Positions 9,560 to 19,187 of a stretch of 27,020 nucleotides of DNA are shown here, one piece after another; the stretch's first letter is position 1, and each line of letters starts with the position of its first letter. The notes under the pieces were generated by a model. It did not search any database. It was not told the origin of the DNA and saw only the letters and a list, made by a program, of their open reading frames with translations. Location: positions 1 to 27,020 of the forward strand of contig JBBROT010000001.1 of assembly GCA_038229155.1 (NCBI GenBank). The letters are read 5' to 3'. The position numbers and the translations under genes were made by a program. Origin of the DNA: Bryobacterales bacterium. GTDB lineage: Bacteria; Acidobacteriota; Terriglobia; Bryobacterales; Bryobacteraceae.

Positions 9560-11953
9560 TTAAAAATACCAACGCAAGCGCGCGCCCGCCGTGAAGGGCT
9601 GCACCACGCGCGTACCCACAAAGATGGATTGGAAGTTATAGAGCGCCGTTGTGTTGAAGAGATTCGAAAGCTGGAGGGCGGCATCGTACCGGGCACGGTC
9701 TTCGCGAGTGCGCGTGAAACCGAGCAGCAAGTCCGCGATGGTGCGCGGGCGGATGCGCGGGGGATTGCTCGCAAGATTCACCAGGGGAAGCAGGTCTGAA
9801 TAATCCGGATCGCGCGCTACCTGCACAGGGTCTGAAGGGTTCGCGACCAGGCCGCTATCGTGCCTAAGCGAGAGCGTTGTGTAGAATCCTCTTCGATGCG
9901 AGTAATTCAGAATGCCGTGGAGTGCGAACTTCTGATCGTGATCGATTACGAACGGGCCCGAAGTGAGCGCGGCAATTGCATCGTTGCCGATGAAGAGGCC
10001 GCCGGTGAAGGGCGGCGTTGAGATGGCGCGCGAGTGCGTGAAGCTGAGCGTGCCGGAAATTCCGCGCCATGCGGGAACGGCCAGCCGGGATTCAACGCTG
10101 TTCACACGAATCCGGGCGAGCGCGATGGGAAAGATGATTCCCGTATCGAGGAAATTGTTGTTATCGGCTTGGTCCCACGAATCCTTGTGATAGTAGGTGA
10201 CGCTCAGGCTCATCCGATTCCAGATGGCCTGTTGGATACCGGTTTCGTAGAAATTCTGGCGCTCCGGCTGGATCAGCGCAAACGCTGCGCCCAACGCTTG
10301 GCGAACGGCTGGCGGCGTGATCACGGCCGCTTGCGCGGAATTGGAGAGCAACAGATTTTCGTTAACGGGCGTTTGGTAGAGCCGGTTGTAAGACGCGCGC
10401 AGCACGGTGCCCGTCTGCTTCAAGTTGCACGAGACACCGGCGCGCGGCTGCCACTGGATTCCGTGAGAGAGCAGCCGGTAGTTGTCATACCGCAGGCCGA
10501 GCGTCACGTGGAAGCGGCCGGCCTGAATGCTGTCCTGCGCGTAGCCGGAGAGAAGCCGCCCCACCGCGTGGTCTGAAAATTGAAAAGGCTGTCCGCCGCG
10601 CGTCAGATCGAAGGGCGCCAGCGCCGGATTGTAGTTTGTGGCGCCAGGCTGATTGAAAGAGGCACCAGTAATCGCCAAAGAAAAAACCTCACGCGGCGCG
10701 AACCGCTGGTAATCGGCTCCCGCGCGGATGTTGTGGCGGCCGGCCAAGCGATTGTACCGGTTCGCGGTGGTGAACGTATTGAGCCGCCGCGCTTGGGATG
10801 CACGCACGGGAAAATCGCCGTCGCTCTCGAAAAGACGACCCGTGGCGGAGCGCCAGGAGATGTTCGCATCGAAGGTGCTGCGCGGATCGATGGTATGAAC
10901 CCAGCCGAGAGCGGCGGAGAAATCGCGTAGCAACTGGCGCTGGTCCATGCCGCGGGCTTGCTGGCTGCGCAGGTTCGCGAGTTCGAACGGCGAACTGCCG
11001 GTCAGAAAATTCAGCCGCAGAATATCGCGGGCGCTGGCCGTGTAATCCAGGCGCGCGAAGCCTCGGGCCGAATGGCCTCCGTTGTGTAAATTGTCGAGAG
11101 ATACGGAATCCAGATAGCGGTCCGTTTCGACCGCGTTGACCAGAGCCGAATAGCCGAACTTGCCGCTCTCACCAGCCACCTGCGCTACGGTGCCGAACGT
11201 GTTGTAGCGGGCGGCGCTCACCGCCACCGAACCGGTGAAAAGCCTGCCCACGCCGACTCCCGATTTCGTGGTGATATTGGCCACGCCCGAAACCTTGTTG
11301 CCGTATTCCACGGGAATGTTGCCCATGTATAGTTCGATGGTCTGGACAATATTGGGGTCCACCGCGTTGGCGAAAGCGCCGGTAAGTTGATCGCTGATGG
11401 GCATGCCGTCGATCACGTACGTCATCTGATTGTGAGCGCCGCGCGGGTGGATTGCGCCGTTGGCGTTCTGCTGGAAACCGGGAAAGGTGACCAGAATCGC
11501 TTCCACGCCGCGGTTGCCCACCTGCACCGGCATCTTTTCTATATCGGTCTGGTTCATCTGGGCTCGCGTGCCCGTTTCTTCGGGGTCCACCAGCAGAGTG
11601 CGGTCGACCGCGGAGACGGTCACGCTCTTGAATTCGCTTTTCAAAGCCAGCGCAATTTCAACGAAGCGCGGGATGTTGGTGCGCAGCGATAACGTTCGCG
11701 TGGCGGGCAGGAAGTTGTCGCGTTCGACGAGAATTTCGTAAGTCTGAAACGGGATGTTAGTGACGGTGAACGTGCCGTCTGGCCGCGATTCAGTCTGGCG
11801 CAGGAAACCGGTGAGCGCGTTGCGGACGGTGATGCGGGCCTGGGGAAGGGACGCGCCGGTGGAATCTGTAATGGTGCCGGTGAGGAGTGCTGTTTGCGCG
11901 TGCAGAGTTCCCGATAAGAGAAAGAATAAAGCTACGGCACAAGATTTAGGCAT
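9560..11953 (-). CDS. TonB-dependent receptor with N-terminal carboxypeptidase-regulatory-like domain
   Basis: Signal peptide, LTGTITDSTGASLPQARITVRN beta-sandwich, plug-like YVIDGMPISD and GNIPVEYGNKVSGVANITTKSG, LGLRYD, C-terminal aromatic LRWYF. Confidence 0.9.
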   Translation of the reverse strand: MPKSCAVALFFLLSGTLHAQTALLTGTITDSTGASLPQARITVRNALTGFLRQTESRPDGTFTVTNIPFQTYEILVERDNFLPATRTLSLRTNIPRFVEIALALKSEFKSVTVSAVDRTLLVDPEETGTRAQMNQTDIEKMPVQVGNRGVEAILVTFPGFQQNANGAIHPRGAHNQMTYVIDGMPISDQLTGAFANAVDPNIVQTIELYMGNIPVEYGNKVSGVANITTKSGVGVGRLFTGSVAVSAARYNTFGTVAQVAGESGKFGYSALVNAVETDRYLDSVSLDNLHNGGHSARGFARLDYTASARDILRLNFLTGSSPFELANLRSQQARGMDQRQLLRDFSAALGWVHTIDPRSTFDANISWRSATGRLFESDGDFPVRASQARRLNTFTTANRYNRLAGRHNIRAGADYQRFAPREVFSLAITGASFNQPGATNYNPALAPFDLTRGGQPFQFSDHAVGRLLSGYAQDSIQAGRFHVTLGLRYDNYRLLSHGIQWQPRAGVSCNLKQTGTVLRASYNRLYQTPVNENLLLSNSAQAAVITPPAVRQALGAAFALIQPERQNFYETGIQQAIWNRMSLSVTYYHKDSWDQADNNNFLDTGIIFPIALARIRVNSVESRLAVPAWRGISGTLSFTHSRAISTPPFTGGLFIGNDAIAALTSGPFVIDHDQKFALHGILNYSHRRGFYTTLSLRHDSGLVANPSDPVQVARDPDYSDLLPLVNLASNPPRIRPRTIADLLLGFTRTREDRARYDAALQLSNLFNTTALYNFQSIFVGTRVVQPFTAGARLRWYF

Positions 11954-11979
11954 ACCTAAATTAGGATAGCCTAAATCTT
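11941..11979. promoter_or_regulatory. Two tandem DtxR/MntR-type operators overlapping the receptor start codon
   Basis: ATTTAGG-CATA-CCTAAAT (11944-11961) and TTAGG-ATAG-CCTAA (11961-11974). The outer arms AAGATTTAGG/CCTAAATCTT form a perfect 10-bp inverted repeat. The TTAGG..CCTAA arms resemble known DtxR-family boxes. Confidence 0.8.
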
Positions 11980-11990
11980 ATTGACGCCGC

Positions 11991-13364
11991 TTACTCGGGG
12001 CCGGCTTCCAGATCCTCAGACCGGTTTTCGAACTTCGTCAGCGAATGGAGGAACACCAGATCCACCTTGCCGATGGGTCCGTTGCGCTGTTTGGCGACGA
12101 TCAGTTCCGCCAAGCCGCGCAAGTCTTCGCGATCACGCTTATATACTTCTTCGCGGAAGATGAAGGCTACCAGATCGGCATCCTGCTCGATCGATCCGGA
12201 TTCCCGCAGATCGCTCAACTGGGGCCGATGATCGCCCTGCCGTGTTTCCGGAGCGCGGCTCAACTGGGACAGCACCAGCATCGGCACTTTCAATTCTTTC
12301 GCCAGCAGCTTGAGCCCGCGCGAGATGGTGCTCACTTCCTGATTGCGATTTTCGAAACGCCCGCGCCCGGTCATAAGCTGCAGGTAATCCACAATCACCA
12401 GGCCGAGCTTGCTATCGCCGCCCTGCAAGCGCCGCAGCTTGGCGTGCATATCCATCAGATGGACGCCGGCCGTATCGTCGATATACAGCGGCGATTCCAC
12501 CAGCTTCTGCGAGGCTTGCTGCAGCTTGCGGCGTTCATCGGCGTTCAGATAACCCATGCGGAAGCGCTGCGAATCCACATAGGCCTGCGCGCACAACATG
12601 CGGGTGAGCAGACTTTCGCCCGACATTTCGAGCGAGAAAATTGCCACCTTCTGATTCAGCTTCGTCGCTACGTGGCTGGCGATATTCATGGCCAGCGCGG
12701 TCTTGCCCATGGAAGGGCGCGCGGCCAGAATCAGCAGCTCGCCTTCGTGCAGGCCGCCGGTCATTTCATCCAGCTTGGTGAAGCCGGTGCTGATGCCGCG
12801 GATGCGTTTGCTGGGGTCAAGAAAGGCGTTGATGCCGCCCTGATATTCCTCGATGATCTCGGCCGGCGTTTTGAGGCCGGGGCCCATTTGGGAATCGCCC
12901 AGTTTGAGCAGCGATTCTTCCGCCCCGGCGAGAATCTGCATGGCGTCTTCTTCGCCCACCAGAGCCCGGTTCATGGTCTGCTGCGAGGAACTGATAATGC
13001 GGCGCAGGATGGCTTTGTCGCGGATGATCTTGACGTAGCTATCGAGGTTGGGGATATGCGGCAGGCCGTCATCGAGCGAGACCAGATACGTCAGGCCATC
13101 GACCGATTCCAGCTCATTGAAGCGCAGCAGTTCGTTCGCGACCGTGACTCGGTCGATGCGTTCTGAGCGTTCGTTCAGCTCCACCATGCGGGTGAAGATT
13201 TTGCGATGCTTTTCGAGCGCGAAATCTTCGGCTTTCAGTACGCCGGCGACATCGAGGAAAGCCGTGTCATCCAGAAGGATGGAGCCGAGGACGAAACGTT
13301 CCGCGTCGATATTCGCGGGAAGGCCTTTTTCAAGAGCGAGAGAGGTGGTGGAAGACTGTGCCAT
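11991..13364 (-). CDS. dnaB: Replicative DNA helicase
   Basis: LPANIDAERFVLGSILL, ILAARPSMGKTA, FSLEMS, IVDYLQLM, LSQLSR, SDLRESGSIEQDAD, AKQRNGP. Start at ATG 13364. Confidence 0.98.
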   Translation of the reverse strand: MAQSSTTSLALEKGLPANIDAERFVLGSILLDDTAFLDVAGVLKAEDFALEKHRKIFTRMVELNERSERIDRVTVANELLRFNELESVDGLTYLVSLDDGLPHIPNLDSYVKIIRDKAILRRIISSSQQTMNRALVGEEDAMQILAGAEESLLKLGDSQMGPGLKTPAEIIEEYQGGINAFLDPSKRIRGISTGFTKLDEMTGGLHEGELLILAARPSMGKTALAMNIASHVATKLNQKVAIFSLEMSGESLLTRMLCAQAYVDSQRFRMGYLNADERRKLQQASQKLVESPLYIDDTAGVHLMDMHAKLRRLQGGDSKLGLVIVDYLQLMTGRGRFENRNQEVSTISRGLKLLAKELKVPMLVLSQLSRAPETRQGDHRPQLSDLRESGSIEQDADLVAFIFREEVYKRDREDLRGLAELIVAKQRNGPIGKVDLVFLHSLTKFENRSEDLEAGPE

Positions 13365-13578
13365 AGCCGGACCAAACAACGTTAGACCCGAAATCTGTGG
13401 ATTACCCGAAATTATTTCCGATCACGCCAGTGTTACGTTTCCCGGCGTTTTCCACGTGGAATTCACAGAACGTTCACAAGAACACAATACCGCTAAAATG
13501 TTCGGCGGGCGGATGGGCAGGGATGTGAAGGCCGTGCTCATGGCCAGCCGGGCTCAGGTTTGCTAAACTGATTGGGTT

Positions 13579-13788
13579 ATGGCAATCCCGAATGTAAAAC
13601 GTTTTCGCCCGTTCTGCCCCACCTGCAACGATAGCTTCACTGTAATGGCCGTGCTTCCGCGCGAAGCGAGCGTGGATAACTACCTGGCCGAGACGGTGGC
13701 CCGCCACGATCACAAGGCTTTCCAGGATGCCAAGACCGCCATGTTTAAGGTCCGCGTCGGTCAGCAGAAACAGGTTAAGAAAAAGTAG
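13579..13788 (+). CDS. Small basic hypothetical protein with CxxC and HxH (putative Zn-binding)
   Basis: 69-aa ORF with CPTC and HDH, preceded by extended -10 TGcTAAACT (13561-13569) and followed by a terminator. Confidence 0.7.
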   Translation: MAIPNVKRFRPFCPTCNDSFTVMAVLPREASVDNYLAETVARHDHKAFQDAKTAMFKVRVGQQKQVKKK

Positions 13789-13810
13789 TTTCCTTCGACA
13801 ATTCAAATCA

Positions 13811-13839
13811 AGGCAGGGCGTCGCAACCCTGCTTTTTTT
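13811..13839 (+). terminator. Rho-independent terminator
   Basis: GCAGGG-CGTCGCAA-CCCTGC followed by seven T. Confidence 0.8.
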
Positions 13840-13846
13840 GCCGCTG

Positions 13847-14056
13847 TTACCTATCCTCTATTCTCGACACGCGGCCACCCAACGATTCCAGTTGAGCGTG
13901 GTGCATCTCAGCGATTCGCGCAAGGCCGCGGATGTTCTCACCGTCTTTTTCGGCCAGAGCGCGCAATCCCTTAATACTCTCGCGCAAGGTTTCGCTGTCG
14001 TGGCTCATCAGTTCCAGATTCATCGCGAGTGCCTCCAGCCGTTCATCAATCGTCAT
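13847..14056 (-). CDS. Small coiled-coil hypothetical protein (MTIDERLEAL type)
   Basis: AAGGAG RBS, ATG 14056, heptad-like L/I periodicity. Confidence 0.75.
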   Translation of the reverse strand: MTIDERLEALAMNLELMSHDSETLRESIKGLRALAEKDGENIRGLARIAEMHHAQLESLGGRVSRIEDR

Positions 14057-14138
14057 ATGCCGAGTTACTCCTTCTCCGGCTCTTCACGCAAGCTACCTTT
14101 ATTACAGCATCTCTTGCGAATGAGGACATGATTCCAAC

Positions 14139-15401
14139 TCAATTTCGCGTCGAACTGGACGACCGTAAATTTTTCAGCGACCGCAAAGCTTCCTGCGCCA
14201 CTTGCGAATCGGTATCCCGGGTCAGCTTTTCCAGATGAGGCTCGGCTTGCCTGTCGCCGGTTGCGCTTAGGATCTGCGCCAAGCCGATTTTCTCATCCCT
14301 CGACCCGCGCTCCATTGGCCCGTAAAGCTGAAGCCGCACGCCGGGGTCCTGCGCCAACTCCGAAAGATATGCCTGCGCCACGCCGCGATATCCGGCGCTG
14401 CTCAAATTAGTCACCAACACCCGCAACGGACTGTTCTCAGTAGTCTCCGTTCTGCCATCCATCGCCATCGCAAACGCGAGAGCCAACTGAGGAGCGCGCT
14501 TGGTTTCGGCATCGTACGCTTTCTGCAGCATCGGGCCATCGTCCGCAACCCGCAGCCGTCCGAAACCCTCCGCCGCCGCCCCGCGCAAAGCCTCATCTTT
14601 ATCCGCCAGCATCTGCGTGTAAAGCGGCCGATTCGCCGCATCTGGGAACATGGCCAGCGCACTGAGCGCCGCCCGTCTCACCTTTGATTTCTGCGTCGTT
14701 TCCAGAAGGGTTCGCAGATCCGGCGCGGCCGCGCGATTTTGCAGCACGCCGGTAGTCTCAATCGCGGCAATTTGCACACGTTCATTCAAATCGCGCAGAA
14801 GGAATTGCACACGGGGTCCGCTCTCTTGTTCCCGGATTTTCTGAATCGCGACAATGCCCTCATAGAGCACGTCGGAATCTTTCGACCGCAGCGCCGAATA
14901 CAATTCCGGCAGCGCCCGTTTGCCCCGCAGTATCCCGATCGCCCTCGCGGCATTGGCTCGCGATTCCATGCTGCTGCCACCGGTCACCAGTTTCGCGATC
15001 GCATCCACCACTTCCGGCCGCACCAGCACGTAGCGCTCGATCGCCTGATCGTTCCGGTCCACGAAGCGCTGCTTAAGGCTGCTTCCGGCGCGCTTGATGT
15101 TCGCCGTCAGCCCCTGCGCCACATAACCCGGCATGTAAACATTCACCAGCCCATCCACCGCGCGAATCTGAATCTGATCGTCGTTATCGCGCGTGGCCTC
15201 AATCAGCGGCTCCAGCGATTTCGGACCGCCAATCTCCACCAGACCTTTCACCGCCTCGCCGCGAACCTTGGAATCCGGATTCTTCAGCAGTTCGGTCAAT
15301 TCCGGAATGGCGGTGGAACCATCCTTCGCAATCGCGCGAATCTCGCGAGCGGTCTGCGCCGCAATTGTGGCCGCGCAACAAAGTACCGTAAAAAGGCGCG
15401 T
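14139..15401 (-). CDS. HEAT-repeat protein with probable signal peptide; start unresolved (ACG at 15401 or TTG at 15299)
   Basis: Repeated units such as LLKNPDSKVRGEAVKGL and LLRDLNERVQIAAIETTG. The frame stays open upstream of 15299 and encodes RLFTVLCCAATIAAQ. Confidence 0.85.
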   Translation of the reverse strand, partial: TRLFTVLCCAATIAAQTAREIRAIAKDGSTAIPELTELLKNPDSKVRGEAVKGLVEIGGPKSLEPLIEATRDNDDQIQIRAVDGLVNVYMPGYVAQGLTANIKRAGSSLKQRFVDRNDQAIERYVLVRPEVVDAIAKLVTGGSSMESRANAARAIGILRGKRALPELYSALRSKDSDVLYEGIVAIQKIREQESGPRVQFLLRDLNERVQIAAIETTGVLQNRAAAPDLRTLLETTQKSKVRRAALSALAMFPDAANRPLYTQMLADKDEALRGAAAEGFGRLRVADDGPMLQKAYDAETKRAPQLALAFAMAMDGRTETTENSPLRVLVTNLSSAGYRGVAQAYLSELAQDPGVRLQLYGPMERGSRDEKIGLAQILSATGDRQAEPHLEKLTRDTDSQVAQEALRSLKNLRSSSSTRN

Positions 15402-15403
15402 TG

Positions 15404-16249
15404 CTACCGTACGAACTCCACTTGCACGCGATTAGGAATCAGACCCACCTCGTGCCCCATATCGAGCAATTTTTGCGCTGCCTGCGGAATCAGGTCGCCC
15501 GCATCCAGCGTGTAATGGTTCACATACATGCCCACGAACTTTTCAGCCAGGCGCGGGTCCATATCGCGTGCGAACTGTAGCGCATAGCTCAGCGCTTCAT
15601 CGTGGTTATCGAGCGCATACTGAATACTCTCGCGCATCATGCGGCAGCATTCGCTCATGATGTCGGCGGGCAGCGTGCGCAGCAGCGCGTTACAGCCCAG
15701 CGGCAGCGGCAGGCCCGTCTTGTCTTTCCACCAACGCCCCAGATCGATAATTTTATGGAAGCCGCTCTTGTTGTACGTAAGCTGCGCTTCGTGAATGATC
15801 AGCCCCACATCGGCCGAGCCTTCCTGTACCGCGTCCAAAATTTGGTCGAACGGCACCACAACCGGCTCGAAATCGGGCTGCATGATCTTAAGAGTCAAAT
15901 AAGCCGTGGTAAGTTTGCCGGGAATCGCAATTCGTTTGCCGCGAATTTCTTCCACTTCCATGGGCTTTACGGCCACCAACATGGGGCCGTAACCATCGCC
16001 GATACTGCTGCCCGCCGCCATCAGAACGTACTTATCCGCCACGTAAGGGTAGGCGTGATAAGAGATTGCCGTCAGATCGTAAACACCTTCCACGGCCTTC
16101 TGGTTCAGCGTTTGGATGTCGGAAAGAACGTGTTTAAAAGTGACCTTCTGAGAACGGATTTTCTTGGTCGCCAAGCCATAAAACATGAACGCATCATCGG
16201 AATCCGGGCTGTGGGCGCTCACAATTTCCCGGGGTTGAAAATCAGACAT
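15404..16249 (-). CDS. mqnD: 1,4-dihydroxy-6-naphthoate synthase (futalosine menaquinone pathway)
   Basis: AHSPDSDDAFMFYGL, DIQTLN, AISYHAY, GSSIGDGYGP, IAIPGKLTTA, GLIIHE, LPLPLG, FVGMYVN. Confidence 0.92.
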   Translation of the reverse strand: MSDFQPREIVSAHSPDSDDAFMFYGLATKKIRSQKVTFKHVLSDIQTLNQKAVEGVYDLTAISYHAYPYVADKYVLMAAGSSIGDGYGPMLVAVKPMEVEEIRGKRIAIPGKLTTAYLTLKIMQPDFEPVVVPFDQILDAVQEGSADVGLIIHEAQLTYNKSGFHKIIDLGRWWKDKTGLPLPLGCNALLRTLPADIMSECCRMMRESIQYALDNHDEALSYALQFARDMDPRLAEKFVGMYVNHYTLDAGDLIPQAAQKLLDMGHEVGLIPNRVQVEFVR

Positions 16250-16305
16250 AGAGGGGATCGAAACTCCAGTATGGCATGATGCTCAAACGGGCCCGCGCCA
16301 GTTAA

Positions 16306-16641
16306 ATGTGGCAAATTTTACAAAGGCTGCGCGAATGGTGGAAGCCCAAGCCGGTTCGCGCGCCAGCGCAGCGCCGGGTGAAACACTATTCCGCCCAAAC
16401 CGGGTTTCAGTACCGTTACGAATTGCGCTCCTCCACCCCCGGCGATTACGAATTTTGCCTGCGAACCGCAAGCGGGCCCGCGTTTTCATTGCACATCGCC
16501 GTCCCGCTTACGCACTTGGCCGCGCGCGATCGCTACGCCCTGGCCAAGCTTCACCTGTTCCGAAATCTGGACGAACATCAACCCGCCGATCTGCCTCGCC
16601 ACCTGGAAGTGACCGACACCGCGGCGCTCGATGAGCTTTAA
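16306..16641 (+). CDS. Hypothetical protein (RRVKHYSAQTGFQY...RYALAKLHLF)
   Basis: Protein-like 111-aa ORF filling the gap between mqnD and the next gene; resembles an acidobacterial hypothetical family from recall only. Confidence 0.65.
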   Translation: MWQILQRLREWWKPKPVRAPAQRRVKHYSAQTGFQYRYELRSSTPGDYEFCLRTASGPAFSLHIAVPLTHLAARDRYALAKLHLFRNLDEHQPADLPRHLEVTDTAALDEL

Positions 16642-16669
16642 CATCAAGCTATGATGTAGGGCAAGCTAG

Positions 16670-17173
16670 ATGGCCATTCCATCCCTGCCAACACCGCTCG
16701 AACAGCTAGGCAACCGGCCCTTCTCGTTCTACCCGCCCATTCTCGGCGTAGAGAAAAATGAATGGCTGTTCCGCCGCGCCACCTGGCCCGAAGTGCTGGT
16801 CACCAATGCTCATACCGGCGCTCACGTGGCCATTCCGCGACGCTTCGTAGGAGAAGTCTCGCGCATTGAAGAGCCGGTGGTGATCGTCGGGCTTTTGAAA
16901 GAACTGGAGTATCGCGAAGGCGCGGTCTGGCCTTACCGGCGGCGCGTGTTGCAGATGCCACAAGCAGTAGGCGCGGAAACATACATACCCCGGCGAAGGA
17001 GCGGCAGCGCTCCCGTCATCGGCATCAGCCTGCATTCGGAAACGCACTCCCGCCGCGGCCGCATGATCGTCGGCGCATTGGTTGCCGGTATATTGGCAGC
17101 GCTCGCCGTGGCTGGTGCGTTGCGGGATTCGCACCCGCGAGCCCGTCCCAGTTATAGGCAGATACCGCGTTGA
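16670..17173 (+). CDS. Hypothetical protein with a C-terminal transmembrane helix
   Basis: 167-aa ORF with [14 protein letters not shown] and hydrophobic [20 protein letters not shown]. Confidence 0.75.
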   Translation: MAIPSLPTPLEQLGNRPFSFYPPILGVEKNEWLFRRATWPEVLVTNAHTGAHVAIPRRFVGEVSRIEEPVVIVGLLKELEYREGAVWPYRRRVLQMPQAVGAETYIPRRRSGSAPVIGISLHSETHSRRGRMIVGALVAGILAALAVAGALRDSHPRARPSYRQIPR

Positions 17174-17183
17174 GGCTCGCGAA

Positions 17184-19187
17184 ATGAAAGCCGTCCTCTG
17201 GCTGGCCATCGCGTGCGTGGGCGCGCTCGCCACCGGTGCCATCGCCCTCAACCGAGGCGAACCGGTCAATAGCTTCTGGCTGATTCTGGCGGCGGTCTGC
17301 GTTTACCTGCTGGGCTTTCGCTTCTATTCGAAATTCATCGCCGCGCGCGTGATGGCGCTTGACGATAATCGCGCCACCCCCGCCGAACGCCTGCGCAACG
17401 GGCACGATTACGAACCCACCAACAAATGGATCGTCTTCGGCCACCACTTCGCGGCCATCGCCGGCCCCGGTCCGCTGGTGGGCCCCGTGCTGGCGGCGCA
17501 GTTCGGTTACCTTCCCGGCACGCTCTGGATCCTCGCGGGCGGCGTGCTGGGCGGCGCTGTGCAAGATTTCATCATTCTCTTTGCCTCATTGCGGCGGGAC
17601 GGAAAATCGCTGGGTGCGATGGCTCGTGACGAAATCGGCAAAGTCGGCGGCTTCGTCGCGCTCATCACGGTGCTGCTCATCATGGTGATCCTGCTGGCCG
17701 TGGTGGGCCTGGTAGTGGTGAATGCTCTGGTGGGCAGCCCATGGGGTGCTTTCACCATCCTGGCCACCATGCCAGTCGCGCTGTTCATGGGCATTTATCT
17801 GCGCTTCATCCGCCCCGGCAAAGTGCTGGAATGTTCCGCCATCGGCTTCCTGCTGGTGCTGCTTAGCATCTTCGGCGGCCAGTGGATTTCCCTTTCGCCC
17901 TACGCCGCCGCGTTCACCTTTTCCGGCATCACTATCGCGCTCGCCATCATCGCGTACGGCTTCCTCGCTAGCGCCCTTCCCGTGTGGCTGCTGCTTGCAC
18001 CTCGCGATTACCTCAGCACGTTCGTCAAGTTGGGCGTGGTGTTCCTGCTCGCCGTCGGCATCCTCATCGTGCGCCCGGAACTTCAGATGCCGGCGCTCTC
18101 CCGCTTTATAGATGGCACCGGCCCCGTCTTCGCGGGCAAGGTCTTTCCCTTCGTCTTCATCACCATCGCCTGCGGTGCCATCTCCGGCTTTCACGCGCTG
18201 ATTTCTTCCGGCACCACGCCGAAGATGCTGGCCCGCGAAACTCATGCACGCCATGTCGGATACGGTGCCATGATTCTCGAAAGCTTCGTCGCCATCATGG
18301 CCATGATCGCCGCCTGCGTGCTACAGCCCGGTGTATATTTCGCGGTCAATTCGCCGGGCGCCATCCTGGGCAAGACCGCCGACGCGGCCGTCGCCACCAT
18401 CACGGCCTGGGGCTATCCGGTGACCACGGCGCAGATGGCCGCCCTGGCCCATCGCGTCGGGGAAGCCACGCTGTTCAGCCGCACAGGCGGTGCTCCGTCG
18501 CTCGCGCTCGGCATGGCGCAGATCTTCTCAGCCACGGGCGGCGGCGACGCCGTGCTGGGCTTCTGGTATCACTTCGCCATCATGTTTGAGGCGCTGTTCA
18601 TCCTCACCATTCTGGACGCCGGCACACGCGTGGGCCGCTTTATGCTGCAAGATCTGGCCGGCAACATTTATAAGCCGCTGGGGCGCGTCAGTTGGATGCC
18701 CGGCGTTATCGTCTCGAGCGCCATCGTGGTTCTGGGCTGGGGCTATTTTCTTGTAGAAGGCGTGCTCGATCCACTCGGCGGCATCAACACTCTATGGCCG
18801 CTCTTCGGGATCGCGAATCAACTGCTCGCCTCCATCGCGCTCTGCGTTGCCACCACCATCCTCATCCGCATGCACGGCGCGAAATACTGCTGGATCACCG
18901 CCGCGCCGCTGGCCTGGTTGGTGACCGTCACCTTCACCGCCGGCTGGCAAAAGATTTTCTCGCCGCTCCCGCGCGTCGGCTTCCTGGCCCAGGCCAATCT
19001 GATGACCGGCCGCAGCGCTTTCAACGCCCGTCTCGATGCCGCCGTCACCGCCGTATTTCTCATTCTGGTAACCGTCATCCTGCTCGATTCGCTGCGAGTG
19101 TGGGCTTCCATCCTTTCCGGCTCCCGGCAGCGCGAGATTCGGGAAACTCCGTTCGTGCAATCGCATCTATCAGCCGAAGGGTTATGA
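17184..19187 (+). CDS. cstA: Carbon starvation protein A family transporter (peptide/pyruvate)
   Basis: [81 protein letters not shown] before ATG 17184. Confidence 0.96.
   Translation: MKAVLWLAIACVGALATGAIALNRGEPVNSFWLILAAVCVYLLGFRFYSKFIAARVMALDDNRATPAERLRNGHDYEPTNKWIVFGHHFAAIAGPGPLVGPVLAAQFGYLPGTLWILAGGVLGGAVQDFIILFASLRRDGKSLGAMARDEIGKVGGFVALITVLLIMVILLAVVGLVVVNALVGSPWGAFTILATMPVALFMGIYLRFIRPGKVLECSAIGFLLVLLSIFGGQWISLSPYAAAFTFSGITIALAIIAYGFLASALPVWLLLAPRDYLSTFVKLGVVFLLAVGILIVRPELQMPALSRFIDGTGPVFAGKVFPFVFITIACGAISGFHALISSGTTPKMLARETHARHVGYGAMILESFVAIMAMIAACVLQPGVYFAVNSPGAILGKTADAAVATITAWGYPVTTAQMAALAHRVGEATLFSRTGGAPSLALGMAQIFSATGGGDAVLGFWYHFAIMFEALFILTILDAGTRVGRFMLQDLAGNIYKPLGRVSWMPGVIVSSAIVVLGWGYFLVEGVLDPLGGINTLWPLFGIANQLLASIALCVATTILIRMHGAKYCWITAAPLAWLVTVTFTAGWQKIFSPLPRVGFLAQANLMTGRSAFNARLDAAVTAVFLILVTVILLDSLRVWASILSGSRQREIRETPFVQSHLSAEGL

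Noticed and set aside
12045-13166. 373-aa plus-strand ORF
   Set aside because: Antisense shadow of dnaB.
13468-13483. GAAC-N8-GAAC as a possible acidobacterial LexA box
   Set aside because: The box described for Acidobacterium capsulatum is GTTC-N7-GTTC; the spacer here is 8 nt.
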